A stretch of 64,000 nucleotides of DNA. It comes from a virus (Duplodnaviria > Caudoviricetes). The translations under genes and the position numbers were made by a program. The notes beneath the pieces were generated by a model that ran no database searches, was not told where the DNA came from, and saw only the letters and a list, made by a program, of their open reading frames with translations. Location of the stretch: IMG/VR virus record IMGVR_UViG_3300021400_000612, positions 1 to 64,000 of that record; one strand, written 5' to 3'. Below are positions 40,866 to 49,567 of this stretch, one piece after another. Each line of letters opens with the position of its first letter. Positions within the stretch are counted from its first letter, which is position 1.

Positions 40866-42269
40866 ATGCTTAAACCAAGAAAGATTATAAGAGATTACAC
40901 TCCTGATTACAAGGCTCTTGATACACTTGATAAACAGACTAAAACCATACAAGATTTGTATGACCAGGTTAGTGAATTTTATAGATTCTTATCTGACCCT
41001 ACTTTTAGAGCTGAAATCAAAGGTGAGAGAGGTCCTCAAGGTGAACAAGGAGAACGTGGTCATGATGGAGCTAAGGGTGATAAGGGTGCTACTGGTAACC
41101 CTGGTCCCCAAGGCTCTACTGGTCCTAGAGGAGCTGATGGTCTTCCTGGTCTGCCTGGTCCTACAGGTCCACAAGGTCCTGAAGGTATTCCTGGTCCAGA
41201 AGGTCCAAGAGGTCCTAGAGGATATACTGGTTTGCAAGGTCCTAAAGGTTTAGATGGTGCTCCTGGTGAAAAAGGAGATATGGGTGAACCTTGGGGTCTT
41301 AGCGGAGTTTTTAATACATTTGATGAACTTCAAGCTGAAGCTATTAGAGTAGATGCTAAGCTCTATCTTGTAGCTTCTATGAACGATGAGAATGGTGATT
41401 TATATGTTTATAGAGAAAAGTATGATGACTTTATTTTTCTTAATAATATTATTTATGATTTAGCCTTTCAAATTGTTCAAGGTCCTCCAGGTAAGAACTT
41501 TCTTAATATTATTAAAGGCGCAAATATTGATAAGTATGGTAATATAACTATTGACAAAGAAGAAACTATCGATGCTAAAGGTTATTTACATACTAAGTTT
41601 ACACTAAACTTTCTCAAAGGTAACGGTATTGCTAATAGCGAATGGACTGAAAGCGAAGAAGATGATGGATGGAGTACTCTTGTTATAACTTATGACAACG
41701 GCGAAACTGAAACTATTAGAGTTAAGAATGGTAAAACTGGTGCTCAAGGTCCTGTTGGTCCACAAGGTCCTCAAGGAGAAAAAGGTGATACTGGCGAGAA
41801 AGGCGACAAAGGAGATAAGGGAGATACTGGAGAAAAGGGAGAAAAAGGTGACACAGGTAATACTGGTCCTCAAGGAGAAACTGGTCCTCAAGGTGCACAA
41901 GGTCCTGCTGGTATTGATGGTAAAAATCCTTATGAAGAAGCTGTTGAGGCTGGATATGATAAATCTATTGAAACTTTCTATGGTATAATTGAAGGTAACA
42001 TTTGGATTGGTCCAGGTCAAAACTATGCTTATGTCTATGATAATGATGATTACAAATATGAAAATATTAATGTAAATAATCCTCTCAATATTGAATGTAT
42101 TCAAGATTACATTTATGTTATTTATCCTGCTGATTCTGAGTTTATGTTTAATCTTACTATGAGTGGTTTTCCTGTTCCTATGGAACCTGTTGATACTACT
42201 ACAATTCAAGATTATTATATTCTTAAATCAGTTAATCAATACGATGGTAATTTTAATATAACAATTTAA
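40866..42269 (+). CDS. collagen-like tail fibre protein
   Basis: Two long Gly-X-Y tracts. Confidence 0.85.
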   Translation: MLKPRKIIRDYTPDYKALDTLDKQTKTIQDLYDQVSEFYRFLSDPTFRAEIKGERGPQGEQGERGHDGAKGDKGATGNPGPQGSTGPRGADGLPGLPGPTGPQGPEGIPGPEGPRGPRGYTGLQGPKGLDGAPGEKGDMGEPWGLSGVFNTFDELQAEAIRVDAKLYLVASMNDENGDLYVYREKYDDFIFLNNIIYDLAFQIVQGPPGKNFLNIIKGANIDKYGNITIDKEETIDAKGYLHTKFTLNFLKGNGIANSEWTESEEDDGWSTLVITYDNGETETIRVKNGKTGAQGPVGPQGPQGEKGDTGEKGDKGDKGDTGEKGEKGDTGNTGPQGETGPQGAQGPAGIDGKNPYEEAVEAGYDKSIETFYGIIEGNIWIGPGQNYAYVYDNDDYKYENINVNNPLNIECIQDYIYVIYPADSEFMFNLTMSGFPVPMEPVDTTTIQDYYILKSVNQYDGNFNITI

Positions 42270-42281
42270 ATTTATAAATTT

Positions 42282-42512
42282 ATGAGTGAACATAGAGAAC
42301 CAATTCCTTCGATGATATATAATAGTGCTGTTGGAGGTCACGTTACAAATTCTCAACAAATTATTGATGAGAATTTAAATAAAGAACAAAGTACAATCAA
42401 TAACGAACTTTATAATCTTATTGTTAATTTGCCTGTGTCTGACGGAACAGATATAGATTCGGGAAAAGCCTATATAGATTCTACAGATAGAGTTGTTAAA
42501 GTAAAAGCTTAA
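42282..42512 (+). CDS. short fibre-anchor-like protein, possibly truncated
   Basis: 76 aa, IYNSAVGGHVTNSQQIIDE. Confidence 0.45.
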   Translation: MSEHREPIPSMIYNSAVGGHVTNSQQIIDENLNKEQSTINNELYNLIVNLPVSDGTDIDSGKAYIDSTDRVVKVKA

Positions 42513-42596
42513 TATAAATATAATAATAGTAGATATAATACTTTTCCTATACTTTATATTATTTATTATTTGCAAACAATTAATTTAATCAAAGTT

Positions 42597-42767
42597 ATGA
42601 AAAAGATTTTTTATTTTATTATGATTTGTCTTGCTGCACTTGGTGCAATTGGAGGTATTGGTTATACTATTTATTGCCATGCTTATGTAATTAGTGTTGG
42701 AGTTGCAGGTTTAGCTTTTATGGCTTTTCCGACAATTAAAGATTACGTTAAAAAACTAACTGAATAG
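42597..42767 (+). CDS. small two-TM membrane protein
   Basis: MKKIFYFIMICLAALGAIGGIGY... Confidence 0.55.
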   Translation: MKKIFYFIMICLAALGAIGGIGYTIYCHAYVISVGVAGLAFMAFPTIKDYVKKLTE

Positions 42768-42804
42768 TATATAAAGTTCTAACTTAATTTCTTTATAGAA
42801 GTTA

Positions 42805-42900
42805 AAATTCGATTTCAGCCTGTCTGATAGTGAGCCTTAACAAACTATCAGCAGGCTATATTTAAACTCTTGACGGGGCTAATAGTAAGCAAATAGAGGA
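42805..42900. repeat. 96-bp dispersed element, copy B
   Basis: AAATTCGATTT-CAGCCTG-T-CTGATAG...CTATCAG-CAGGCT-ATATTT...AAATAGAGGA. Confidence 0.7.
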
Positions 42901-42925
42901 AATTAATATCATTTAACGCCCAAAG

Positions 42926-42957
42926 TTTGCATAATTCAAAAATAATACTTATATTTG
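42926..42957 (+). promoter_or_regulatory. Bacteroidota promoter
   Basis: TTTG, 20 nt, TATATTTG. Confidence 0.8.
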
Positions 42958-42976
42958 TAATCAAATGGATACTGTT

Positions 42977-43087
42977 ATGGCTAATAAAAAGATTAAAGAT
43001 AGAGGTGTCGCTGCACCTAGTATTCCTAAAGCAGGAATTACTAAAAGACGTAGAAGACTTGAAGATGGAGGCAAAGCTACGGAATAG
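42977..43087 (+). CDS. 36-aa basic micro-protein
   Basis: MANKKIKDRGVAAPSIPKAGITKRRRRLEDGGKATE, 19 nt after the promoter. Confidence 0.55.
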   Translation: MANKKIKDRGVAAPSIPKAGITKRRRRLEDGGKATE

Positions 43088-43475
43088 TTTATATAAGATA
43101 GAATTACATTGGATAAAGATAATACCAATGGTTCTATGTGCGTTAAGTTTTACAGATACTATATTATCTTACTTTGAAGTTGAAGGTAGTATTATATCTT
43201 ATCTTAACGCTCTTCTTGTTTGGTTGTTCTTATACTTATCATCCTTTGTATTCCAATTTTGTAGATGGCATAGAATGTTCTTATACTACTTATTAGTAGA
43301 AGGTTGCATTAATTGTTATGATTATGAAATTGGAATACCTTTAGGTTTAAAAGATATGATAGTAGTTCAGCTAGCTCTTATTATGATATTTGTTAGTATT
43401 GGTTTATATTTTCATCAACATGATAAGCACCCCTGTAGAAAAGATTGTGGCAAAACTGATGAGGCAATATGCTGA
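43065..43475 (+). CDS. multi-TM membrane protein
   Basis: Start moved to MEAKLRN (upstream in-frame part spans the promoter); about four hydrophobic segments. Confidence 0.6.
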   Translation: MEAKLRNSLYKIELHWIKIIPMVLCALSFTDTILSYFEVEGSIISYLNALLVWLFLYLSSFVFQFCRWHRMFLYYLLVEGCINCYDYEIGIPLGLKDMIVVQLALIMIFVSIGLYFHQHDKHPCRKDCGKTDEAIC

Positions 43476-43710
43476 TGCTATTGACGCAGGTAACTCTCAT
43501 CTTAACGCAGAACAAGCTACAAATATACTTTCTGCTATTGCTCATATTGAAATGACTAAAGAAGAAGTTTGTGATTATCTTAATATGAGTCGAAGTAGAT
43601 TTGATGATTATGTTCGTCTAGGTAGATTTCCTAGAGGTCGTAAACTTCCTCATAAGAATAATCTTATTTGGTATAAAGATGAAATTATGTGTGCAGTTGA
43701 AACTGAATGA
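43420..43710 (+). CDS. AlpA/excisionase-like HTH DNA-binding protein
   Basis: MTKEEVCDYLNMSRSRFDDYVRLGRFPRGRK...LIWYKDEI. Confidence 0.75.
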   Translation: MISTPVEKIVAKLMRQYADAIDAGNSHLNAEQATNILSAIAHIEMTKEEVCDYLNMSRSRFDDYVRLGRFPRGRKLPHKNNLIWYKDEIMCAVETE

Positions 43711-43737
43711 AAGTTTTTACACAAATCGGTAACTCTT

Positions 43738-43780
43738 TAGCCGTCTAACTTGCTGATAGTTAGGCGGTTATTTTATTTAT
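43738..43780 (+). terminator. intrinsic terminator
   Basis: TAGCCGTCTAACT/AGTTAGGCGGTTA stem followed by TTTTATTT. Confidence 0.8.
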
Positions 43781-43812
43781 CGGCATCCTTCTGCTCGTGA
43801 TAGTAATTTTGT

Positions 43813-43820
43813 TATCTTTG
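43813..43820 (+). promoter_or_regulatory. Bacteroidota -7 element (TATCTTTG)
   Basis: Heads the six-gene cassette. Confidence 0.65.
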
Positions 43821-43888
43821 CAATATCTTTTAATGACGTCGTAAAAGATATTAAACTTTATTATTAACAAAATTAAAATGAAAGTATT

Positions 43889-44863
43889 ATGGGTGAAAAT
43901 GGTGTTTTTGTTTTCCCTGATGCAGCTACAGGACATGCTGCTTCTAGTATTGACCCTAATCTTCTGTTGGCTCTTCAAAACAATGGTGGTTTTGGTGGTG
44001 GCAACGGAGCCTGGTGGTGGATTATGTTTATGTGGATGATGTGGGATAGAAATGGTCGTAATGGCAATTTTAATGATTATCTCGCTTCTCATAATGGTTC
44101 TGAAGGTCGTCAATATCTTGCCGAAATTATGAATGGTAGATTTGATAATTTGAATACTCTTGCTCAACTTCTTAATACTTCTGTTGAAGGAATTAAGACT
44201 GGTGTATTTGGTTTGCAGAATTCTATTACTCAGGTTGCTGGTCAAATTGGTATGAGTGGTCTTCAGACTATTAATGCTATTCAGGCTGGTGATACTTCTA
44301 TTCTGTCTAAACTTTGTGAGTGCTGCTGTGAGAATCGTCTTGCTATTTGTCAGCAAACTAACGCTCTTCAGTCAACTCTTGCTGCTAATCATGCTGATGA
44401 TATTCTGCAGTCTGAAAAGAATGCTGCTGGTCTTCAGCTTCAGCTTGCTCAATTAGATGGTGCTGATAAGTTAGCTATTTGTCAGCAAACTAATACTTTG
44501 CAGAATCAGGCTGAGCGTGATACTAATTCTATTCTTAATGCTATTGCTGGTCAGAATACTCTTATTACGAAAGAGTTCTGTGATTTGAAGGAACGTGAGT
44601 TGCAGAATAAGATTAATACTCAGGGTGATATTATTACTCAGCTGCGTAATCAAATTAGTAATGACCATCAGACTCTTCAGTTTAATGCTGCTTTCCATGC
44701 TCTTGACGATAAGATTGATGCTATTGCTGCAAAACAGCCTAACACTGTTCCTGTTCAATGGCCTAATCTTGTAGGCGTTAATGCTACTCCTTATATAGGT
44801 CAGGGTTTATATCCTGGTGCAGGTTATGGTTATAATGGCTTCGGTGGTGGTGTTGTATTTTAA
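43889..44863 (+). CDS. Gly/Gln/Asn-rich coiled-coil protein of unknown function
   Basis: GFGGGNGAWWWIMFMWMMW hydrophobic segment, CECCCENRL, duplicated LAICQQTN. Confidence 0.75.
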   Translation: MGENGVFVFPDAATGHAASSIDPNLLLALQNNGGFGGGNGAWWWIMFMWMMWDRNGRNGNFNDYLASHNGSEGRQYLAEIMNGRFDNLNTLAQLLNTSVEGIKTGVFGLQNSITQVAGQIGMSGLQTINAIQAGDTSILSKLCECCCENRLAICQQTNALQSTLAANHADDILQSEKNAAGLQLQLAQLDGADKLAICQQTNTLQNQAERDTNSILNAIAGQNTLITKEFCDLKERELQNKINTQGDIITQLRNQISNDHQTLQFNAAFHALDDKIDAIAAKQPNTVPVQWPNLVGVNATPYIGQGLYPGAGYGYNGFGGGVVF

Positions 44864-44884
44864 TTACGGATAGGAGGTTAAAGT

Positions 44885-45235
44885 ATGAATTGCTGTTTTA
44901 ATATTTTAGCAACTAATGCAGGTGGTGTTCCGTATATCGAAAGTACAAATACTACTATCGGTACTGAAACTATTGATATTGCTCTTGGTTTTAGAGCTGT
45001 TAAACCTGTAGGATATTTAACTATCGTTATTAGTGATGTTATTCCTACTGGTACAACAGCAGAACTTCCTGTAACTCTTACTATGAGTTCTATTACAAAT
45101 AGTACTACTAGAAATTTAGTGTTACCTAATGGTACTCCAGTAACTGCTGCAGACCTTATCAATGTTAATACTTTACTTGTATTTAACGATAGGAAGAGAG
45201 GATTGTTAGTTTTAATGTCACGTACAATAGATTAA
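44885..45235 (+). CDS. hypothetical protein (cassette gene 2)
   Basis: 116 aa, beta-rich. Confidence 0.65.
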   Translation: MNCCFNILATNAGGVPYIESTNTTIGTETIDIALGFRAVKPVGYLTIVISDVIPTGTTAELPVTLTMSSITNSTTRNLVLPNGTPVTAADLINVNTLLVFNDRKRGLLVLMSRTID

Positions 45236-45251
45236 TTAAAAGTGTATAATT

Positions 45252-45746
45252 ATGTTTTCTACTTTAAGTAAAGGTAATGTCCTCTATGGACTAGATAGAA
45301 CAGATAAAATAAAGTGGTTTACCGCTTCTGTTGAAAGTGTTACGCCAACAATAGGAAATCATAATCCTAATATGTTTGGTCAAATGCCTGAGTTAAGACT
45401 TGATATTGTTTGCAATATTAATGGCGAAAAGAAAACTTTCCAACAAGTGCCCAGTAATAGTGCTATTGCTGATTTTGGAGATAAAGCTTTTGTCATTGCA
45501 GATAATAAAGATTCTCTGTATAACTATATTAAAAGTTTGAAAGATAAAAGTAAAGCTGTTGTCGATAGTGCACCTTATCATGAAGCTCTAATTCCCCAGT
45601 ATGATAGTGTTCTTAATGAACTTATGCCTGGTAGTGCAAGTAATTCTGATGAAGTTAAAGCACTTAAAGATGAAGTTGGAAGTCTTAAATCTCAGCTAGC
45701 TGAGGCAATATCTTTACTTAAAGAGAAAGCTAAACAAACAAATTAA
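45252..45746 (+). CDS. hypothetical protein with C-terminal coiled coil (cassette gene 3)
   Basis: 164 aa. Confidence 0.65.
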   Translation: MFSTLSKGNVLYGLDRTDKIKWFTASVESVTPTIGNHNPNMFGQMPELRLDIVCNINGEKKTFQQVPSNSAIADFGDKAFVIADNKDSLYNYIKSLKDKSKAVVDSAPYHEALIPQYDSVLNELMPGSASNSDEVKALKDEVGSLKSQLAEAISLLKEKAKQTN

Positions 45747-45751
45747 AGATT

Positions 45752-45979
45752 ATGGTAATAGTTAGATTTCGTAATAAAGAAGAGCATAAAGACCTTCTGA
45801 AGAAAGTAAAGAAGATGAAGGAGTATGCAGAGATGGTAGAAGATTGTCTTGAAGAGTCTATTGAAGATGACGATGAAGATTATCGCTATAATGACGATGA
45901 TGAGTACGAAGAAACTCGTCGAGGTGGTGGTCGCTATAGTTATCGTCGTGGAGGTGGCTCTCGTGGTAGTCGTATGTAA
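45752..45979 (+). CDS. small protein with acidic linker and RGG tail (cassette gene 4)
   Basis: ...EDDDEDYRYNDDDEYEETRRGGGRYSYRRGGGSRGSRM. Confidence 0.65.
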   Translation: MVIVRFRNKEEHKDLLKKVKKMKEYAEMVEDCLEESIEDDDEDYRYNDDDEYEETRRGGGRYSYRRGGGSRGSRM

Positions 45980-46003
45980 CTTATAAAATAAAGTAACTAA
46001 CTA

Positions 46004-46058
46004 GGCAGTGATGCTAATTCTTCTCTACGGGGGAGCTTTCAGCTCACTGCCCTTTTTA
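46004..46058 (+). terminator. intrinsic terminator enclosing dispersed motif
   Basis: GGCAGTGA...TCACTGCC followed by CTTTTT. Confidence 0.7.
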
Positions 46059-46072
46059 ATAATATTACTATT

Positions 46073-46489
46073 ATGTATCATACAAGAACTGGAAGTTATG
46101 ATGAAATTCCTGAAGGAATGATGTCTTATATTAATAACTATGGTCCTCATTTTAATAAGAAACTTTGTAAAGAAGCTTCTTCTAGAATGTATAAAGTTAT
46201 TAATGGTAAAAAAGAATACATTACTCCTTATACCAAAGAACAAGTTGATGAAATGCTTGAAGCTTATGGTATTAAACTCAAAAGGAATAAATTATATGAT
46301 GCTGTTTATGTAGCTAATATGTGTCAAGCAGACTTTCTTGGTAAATCTGTTCCAACAGAAGAACATCTTTGCAAATATGTTAAAGATGTAATTGATGATG
46401 CAGATGCAGAAGAAGGTTATGTATTCAATCGTTTTTATGCTGATTGTATGTTTATGAATAATCCTATTGATTGGGATGATGTTATATGA
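46073..46489 (+). CDS. hypothetical protein (cassette gene 5)
   Basis: 138 aa. Confidence 0.65.
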   Translation: MYHTRTGSYDEIPEGMMSYINNYGPHFNKKLCKEASSRMYKVINGKKEYITPYTKEQVDEMLEAYGIKLKRNKLYDAVYVANMCQADFLGKSVPTEEHLCKYVKDVIDDADAEEGYVFNRFYADCMFMNNPIDWDDVI

Positions 46490-46872
46490 TTAAACAATTA
46501 ATCGATATTGACGGTTATTGGAAAGTTATAGTTTATTATAATGTAGACTATAACTTTTTTGGTGATATAGCTTTTGAACTGAAAGCTATTGGCTCCCCCG
46601 TAGAGAAAATTGATAATATTTACTACAACCTGAAGTATGAAGCTAAAGCTGTAACTTGTAGTAATATTAAAGAACATATTAGTGTAGTTCTTTTTAATTA
46701 TCATAAAAGTAGATACGATTATATTAATTCTATTATTCATGAAGCTGAACACGTTAAACAGCATATGCTGAAGGCTTATAATGTTGCTGATGAAGGAGAA
46801 CCTCCAGCATATACTGTTGGTTACATAGCTATGAGAATGTTAATGATAAATCCAAAGTTGAAACTATTGTAG
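46486..46872 (+). CDS. HExxH putative metallopeptidase (cassette gene 6)
   Basis: IIHEAEH...GEPPAY. Confidence 0.55.
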   Translation: MIKQLIDIDGYWKVIVYYNVDYNFFGDIAFELKAIGSPVEKIDNIYYNLKYEAKAVTCSNIKEHISVVLFNYHKSRYDYINSIIHEAEHVKQHMLKAYNVADEGEPPAYTVGYIAMRMLMINPKLKLL

Positions 46873-46955
46873 ATAATATTGCTTATAGGATTTAAAAATC
46901 TATAATTATAACATTTTTTAACATAATAATTCTTGTTATTTTGCAAGAAATTTGT

Positions 46956-46963
46956 TAAATTTG
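46956..46963 (+). promoter_or_regulatory. Bacteroidota -7 element (TAAATTTG)
   Basis: Upstream of the tail/cargo operon. Confidence 0.5.
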
Positions 46964-46985
46964 CAGGCATCAGTGATGGTGTCTG

Positions 46986-47103
46986 TAATTATTATAATTA
47001 TATAAATAATAATATTAATTATATTAATAATATTAAATATATAAATTAAAATAAATATAATATAAATATTAAATAAAATATTAATAATAATATAAATATA
47101 ATT
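46986..47103. other. 118-nt tract containing only A and T
   Basis: Direct inspection. Confidence 0.9.
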
Positions 47104-47223
47104 CCTCCGTATAGAGAAGTAGATAAAGTTTAGAACCACTCAGATTAATTCCGAGTTGTTAATGCTACAACTCTTCTACGGGGGAACTTTCTTTTAGATA
47201 AAACTTATAATAAACAAAATAAT

Positions 47224-47907
47224 ATGGCTAGTATTGCTCAACTTGTTTCAGAAATGGCTCATGCTGTACGTCAGCCAAATAATAAGGCATTAAGAGAAAA
47301 TCTTAAACTTCTTATTATTCAGACTCGTAATGAGATTATTCGACGCAGTTATGAGAATCATGGTTATGTTGATAAAATTCTTACTCAGAGATTTAAAGTT
47401 AGTCTTACCACAGTAAATGATGGTGATGTTGAATTACCTGAGGAGTATGATGATTATGACATTACAAAAATTAAAAGAACATTACAAAAGGTTCCTCGTC
47501 CTGTTAGGCTTACTAATAATCTTCCTTTTGACAGAGTTAGTTCCGCAGGTTTTAAAACTAATAGAGAGTTTCCGTACATTAAGGAAACGTCTGCTAGATT
47601 TAGAAGTGCTGTACCTGGTCTTTGTGGTATGCCTTGTTATGATTATATTAACGAGTATATTTATATATTTCCAGTTGATTGCAAACCTTTTGAGTTAGAT
47701 AAGATTGTTATTGAATCTGCTTTTGAACATCCTAATGAGATTTCTCTTATTAATGGAACAGAAACTCCTGACAGTATTTGGCTAGATGAAAATGAATATC
47801 TTCTTAGTGAAGATATGATTGGTCAACTTAAGGAGATTATTTATAAGAGAGACCTTATTAGTACTGTTCGTGAAACAGATGAAATTCCAAACGCTATTAA
47901 ATATTAA
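47224..47907 (+). CDS. tail ring protein
   Basis: 227 aa; synteny with tubular and muzzle genes. Confidence 0.6.
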   Translation: MASIAQLVSEMAHAVRQPNNKALRENLKLLIIQTRNEIIRRSYENHGYVDKILTQRFKVSLTTVNDGDVELPEEYDDYDITKIKRTLQKVPRPVRLTNNLPFDRVSSAGFKTNREFPYIKETSARFRSAVPGLCGMPCYDYINEYIYIFPVDCKPFELDKIVIESAFEHPNEISLINGTETPDSIWLDENEYLLSEDMIGQLKEIIYKRDLISTVRETDEIPNAIKY

Positions 47908-47919
47908 TCTTAGATTATC

Positions 47920-48876
47920 ATGGCTATAAAAGAAATTCCAACTAATTTCAGGGTCTATTATAAAAGTATGAAAGATGCTATTGGACCTAAATATGAAAAA
48001 GCAGTTGATGATTATGAGAAAGGACTTGTTGAAGAAAGAGCTCTTTATGATGATATTAAGTTAAAAGCTGAAACATACAAAAATGTTTATAAACTTGACC
48101 TTATGCAGATTCCTGAGTTTGTAGAAAATGAATACATTGACGGAACTTTTTATGATAATGCTAAGGAATTGTTTTTAAATAGAAAGAAAGCGTATATTGC
48201 AACAAATCCTGCTTATAATATTTATAAACTAGCTCGTAAACAAAAAGAACTGCATGAACTTAAACATCAAATAGATGTATATGAAAAGATGCTTGATGTA
48301 ACTCTTGACCAATATCAAAAAATACTTCAAGCATTCTATAATGAAGTTCATAAGAAACTTATAATAGATGGTTACGGTTATGTATTTGAAAGTCCTATAG
48401 GTTGGACTTGCATTAATAGATGCAAAATTGTTGAAGGTAAACGTAAGCATCTTGATTACAATGCAACAAAACTTAATAAACAAAAACTTGTTGCAGAAGG
48501 TAAAAGACTTTGGAACAAAGAAGAAGCTGAATATGCAAAGAGTATTGGCGCAGATTATAATGGTGTAGATTACAGAGTTTATCTTAACGGAGAAGTTTGT
48601 TATGAAATGCCGCTTATAAATTGCAGACTTAACACTGGAGAGAAATATAGATTAACTCCTACATTTGCTAGACGTCATGTTAAAGGAAAGACAAATGAAC
48701 AGCTTATTAATGAATGTGATAGAGATTTAAATAAGATTTGTGAACTTCCTGTTGATGTTAAACTTAAGCTTAAACTTTGTTTAGAAACTGATAATATTTT
48801 ATATTTAAATTTTATAAGAAATGAAGCTCAACAATCAGCTCACACTCCAAAGGCTAATAGGAAAAATCGACAATGA
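47920..48876 (+). CDS. conserved crAss IHF-like protein
   Basis: HKKLIIDGYGYVFESPIGWTCINR segment; adjacent to the tail tubular gene. Confidence 0.5.
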   Translation: MAIKEIPTNFRVYYKSMKDAIGPKYEKAVDDYEKGLVEERALYDDIKLKAETYKNVYKLDLMQIPEFVENEYIDGTFYDNAKELFLNRKKAYIATNPAYNIYKLARKQKELHELKHQIDVYEKMLDVTLDQYQKILQAFYNEVHKKLIIDGYGYVFESPIGWTCINRCKIVEGKRKHLDYNATKLNKQKLVAEGKRLWNKEEAEYAKSIGADYNGVDYRVYLNGEVCYEMPLINCRLNTGEKYRLTPTFARRHVKGKTNEQLINECDRDLNKICELPVDVKLKLKLCLETDNILYLNFIRNEAQQSAHTPKANRKNRQ

Positions 48877-49564
48877 TTTTAATATTAGTGAAAGCGATTG
48901 GATTCCTAGAGTAGCTGCGTGGACTATAGATGCTCTTTCTCAAATGAAAGTTCTACCTATGGAACGTAAACGTAGAAAGCTTGAGGTTTCTAATAGAATT
49001 GCGCAATTCCCCTGCACTATTAATGCAGAGGAACTTCGTGTTTTTGATAGTAATGGTGTTGAGATACCTGCTTTTGATAGAGAAAAAGATTGCAAGTGTC
49101 CTAAGTCCACAATTCCTTCTACGGGGGAGCAAATTGCTATCACAAATCCTAAAGCTCCAAATGGTTGGGAAACAACACAAGTTGCTGATATTGTAAATCC
49201 TAATGGTAGAAACTTTGTTCTTGATTGTAATAATATAGATTTAAGTTTTGATACTGATAGTATTACAGTAGAAACATTTGAGGTTGCAACATATCATGAT
49301 GATTACTATGATTGTGAATGTCCTTACATTTATGATGATGGTCTTTTACTTGAAGCTCTTGCTTGGTATTGTATGTTTAAATATCTTAGTAGAGGTAGTA
49401 AGCATCCAGTATATGATTTGAAATCTCCTAGTCCTGCAATTAATCCATTTATTCAATGGAATACTCTTAGACCTAGAGCAGCAGCTTCTGTTAAAGGAAA
49501 ACTTGCTAATACTGAAGGTTGGAATAACTTCTTTTATAATAGTACTTTTTTACCTAGAGGTTAA
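48821..49564 (+). CDS. tail tubular/ring protein (P22 gp4-like)
   Basis: 247 aa immediately before the muzzle gene. Confidence 0.65.
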   Translation: MKLNNQLTLQRLIGKIDNDFNISESDWIPRVAAWTIDALSQMKVLPMERKRRKLEVSNRIAQFPCTINAEELRVFDSNGVEIPAFDREKDCKCPKSTIPSTGEQIAITNPKAPNGWETTQVADIVNPNGRNFVLDCNNIDLSFDTDSITVETFEVATYHDDYYDCECPYIYDDGLLLEALAWYCMFKYLSRGSKHPVYDLKSPSPAINPFIQWNTLRPRAAASVKGKLANTEGWNNFFYNSTFLPRG

Positions 49565-49567
49565 GAT

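Noticed and set aside
40918-42209. Alternative-frame ORFs over the collagen gene
   Set aside because: By-products of GGT-CCT-CAA type repeats.
37069-42512. DGR or shufflon acting on tail fibres
   Set aside because: No reverse transcriptase, TR/VR pair, recombinase or inverted cassettes seen in this window.
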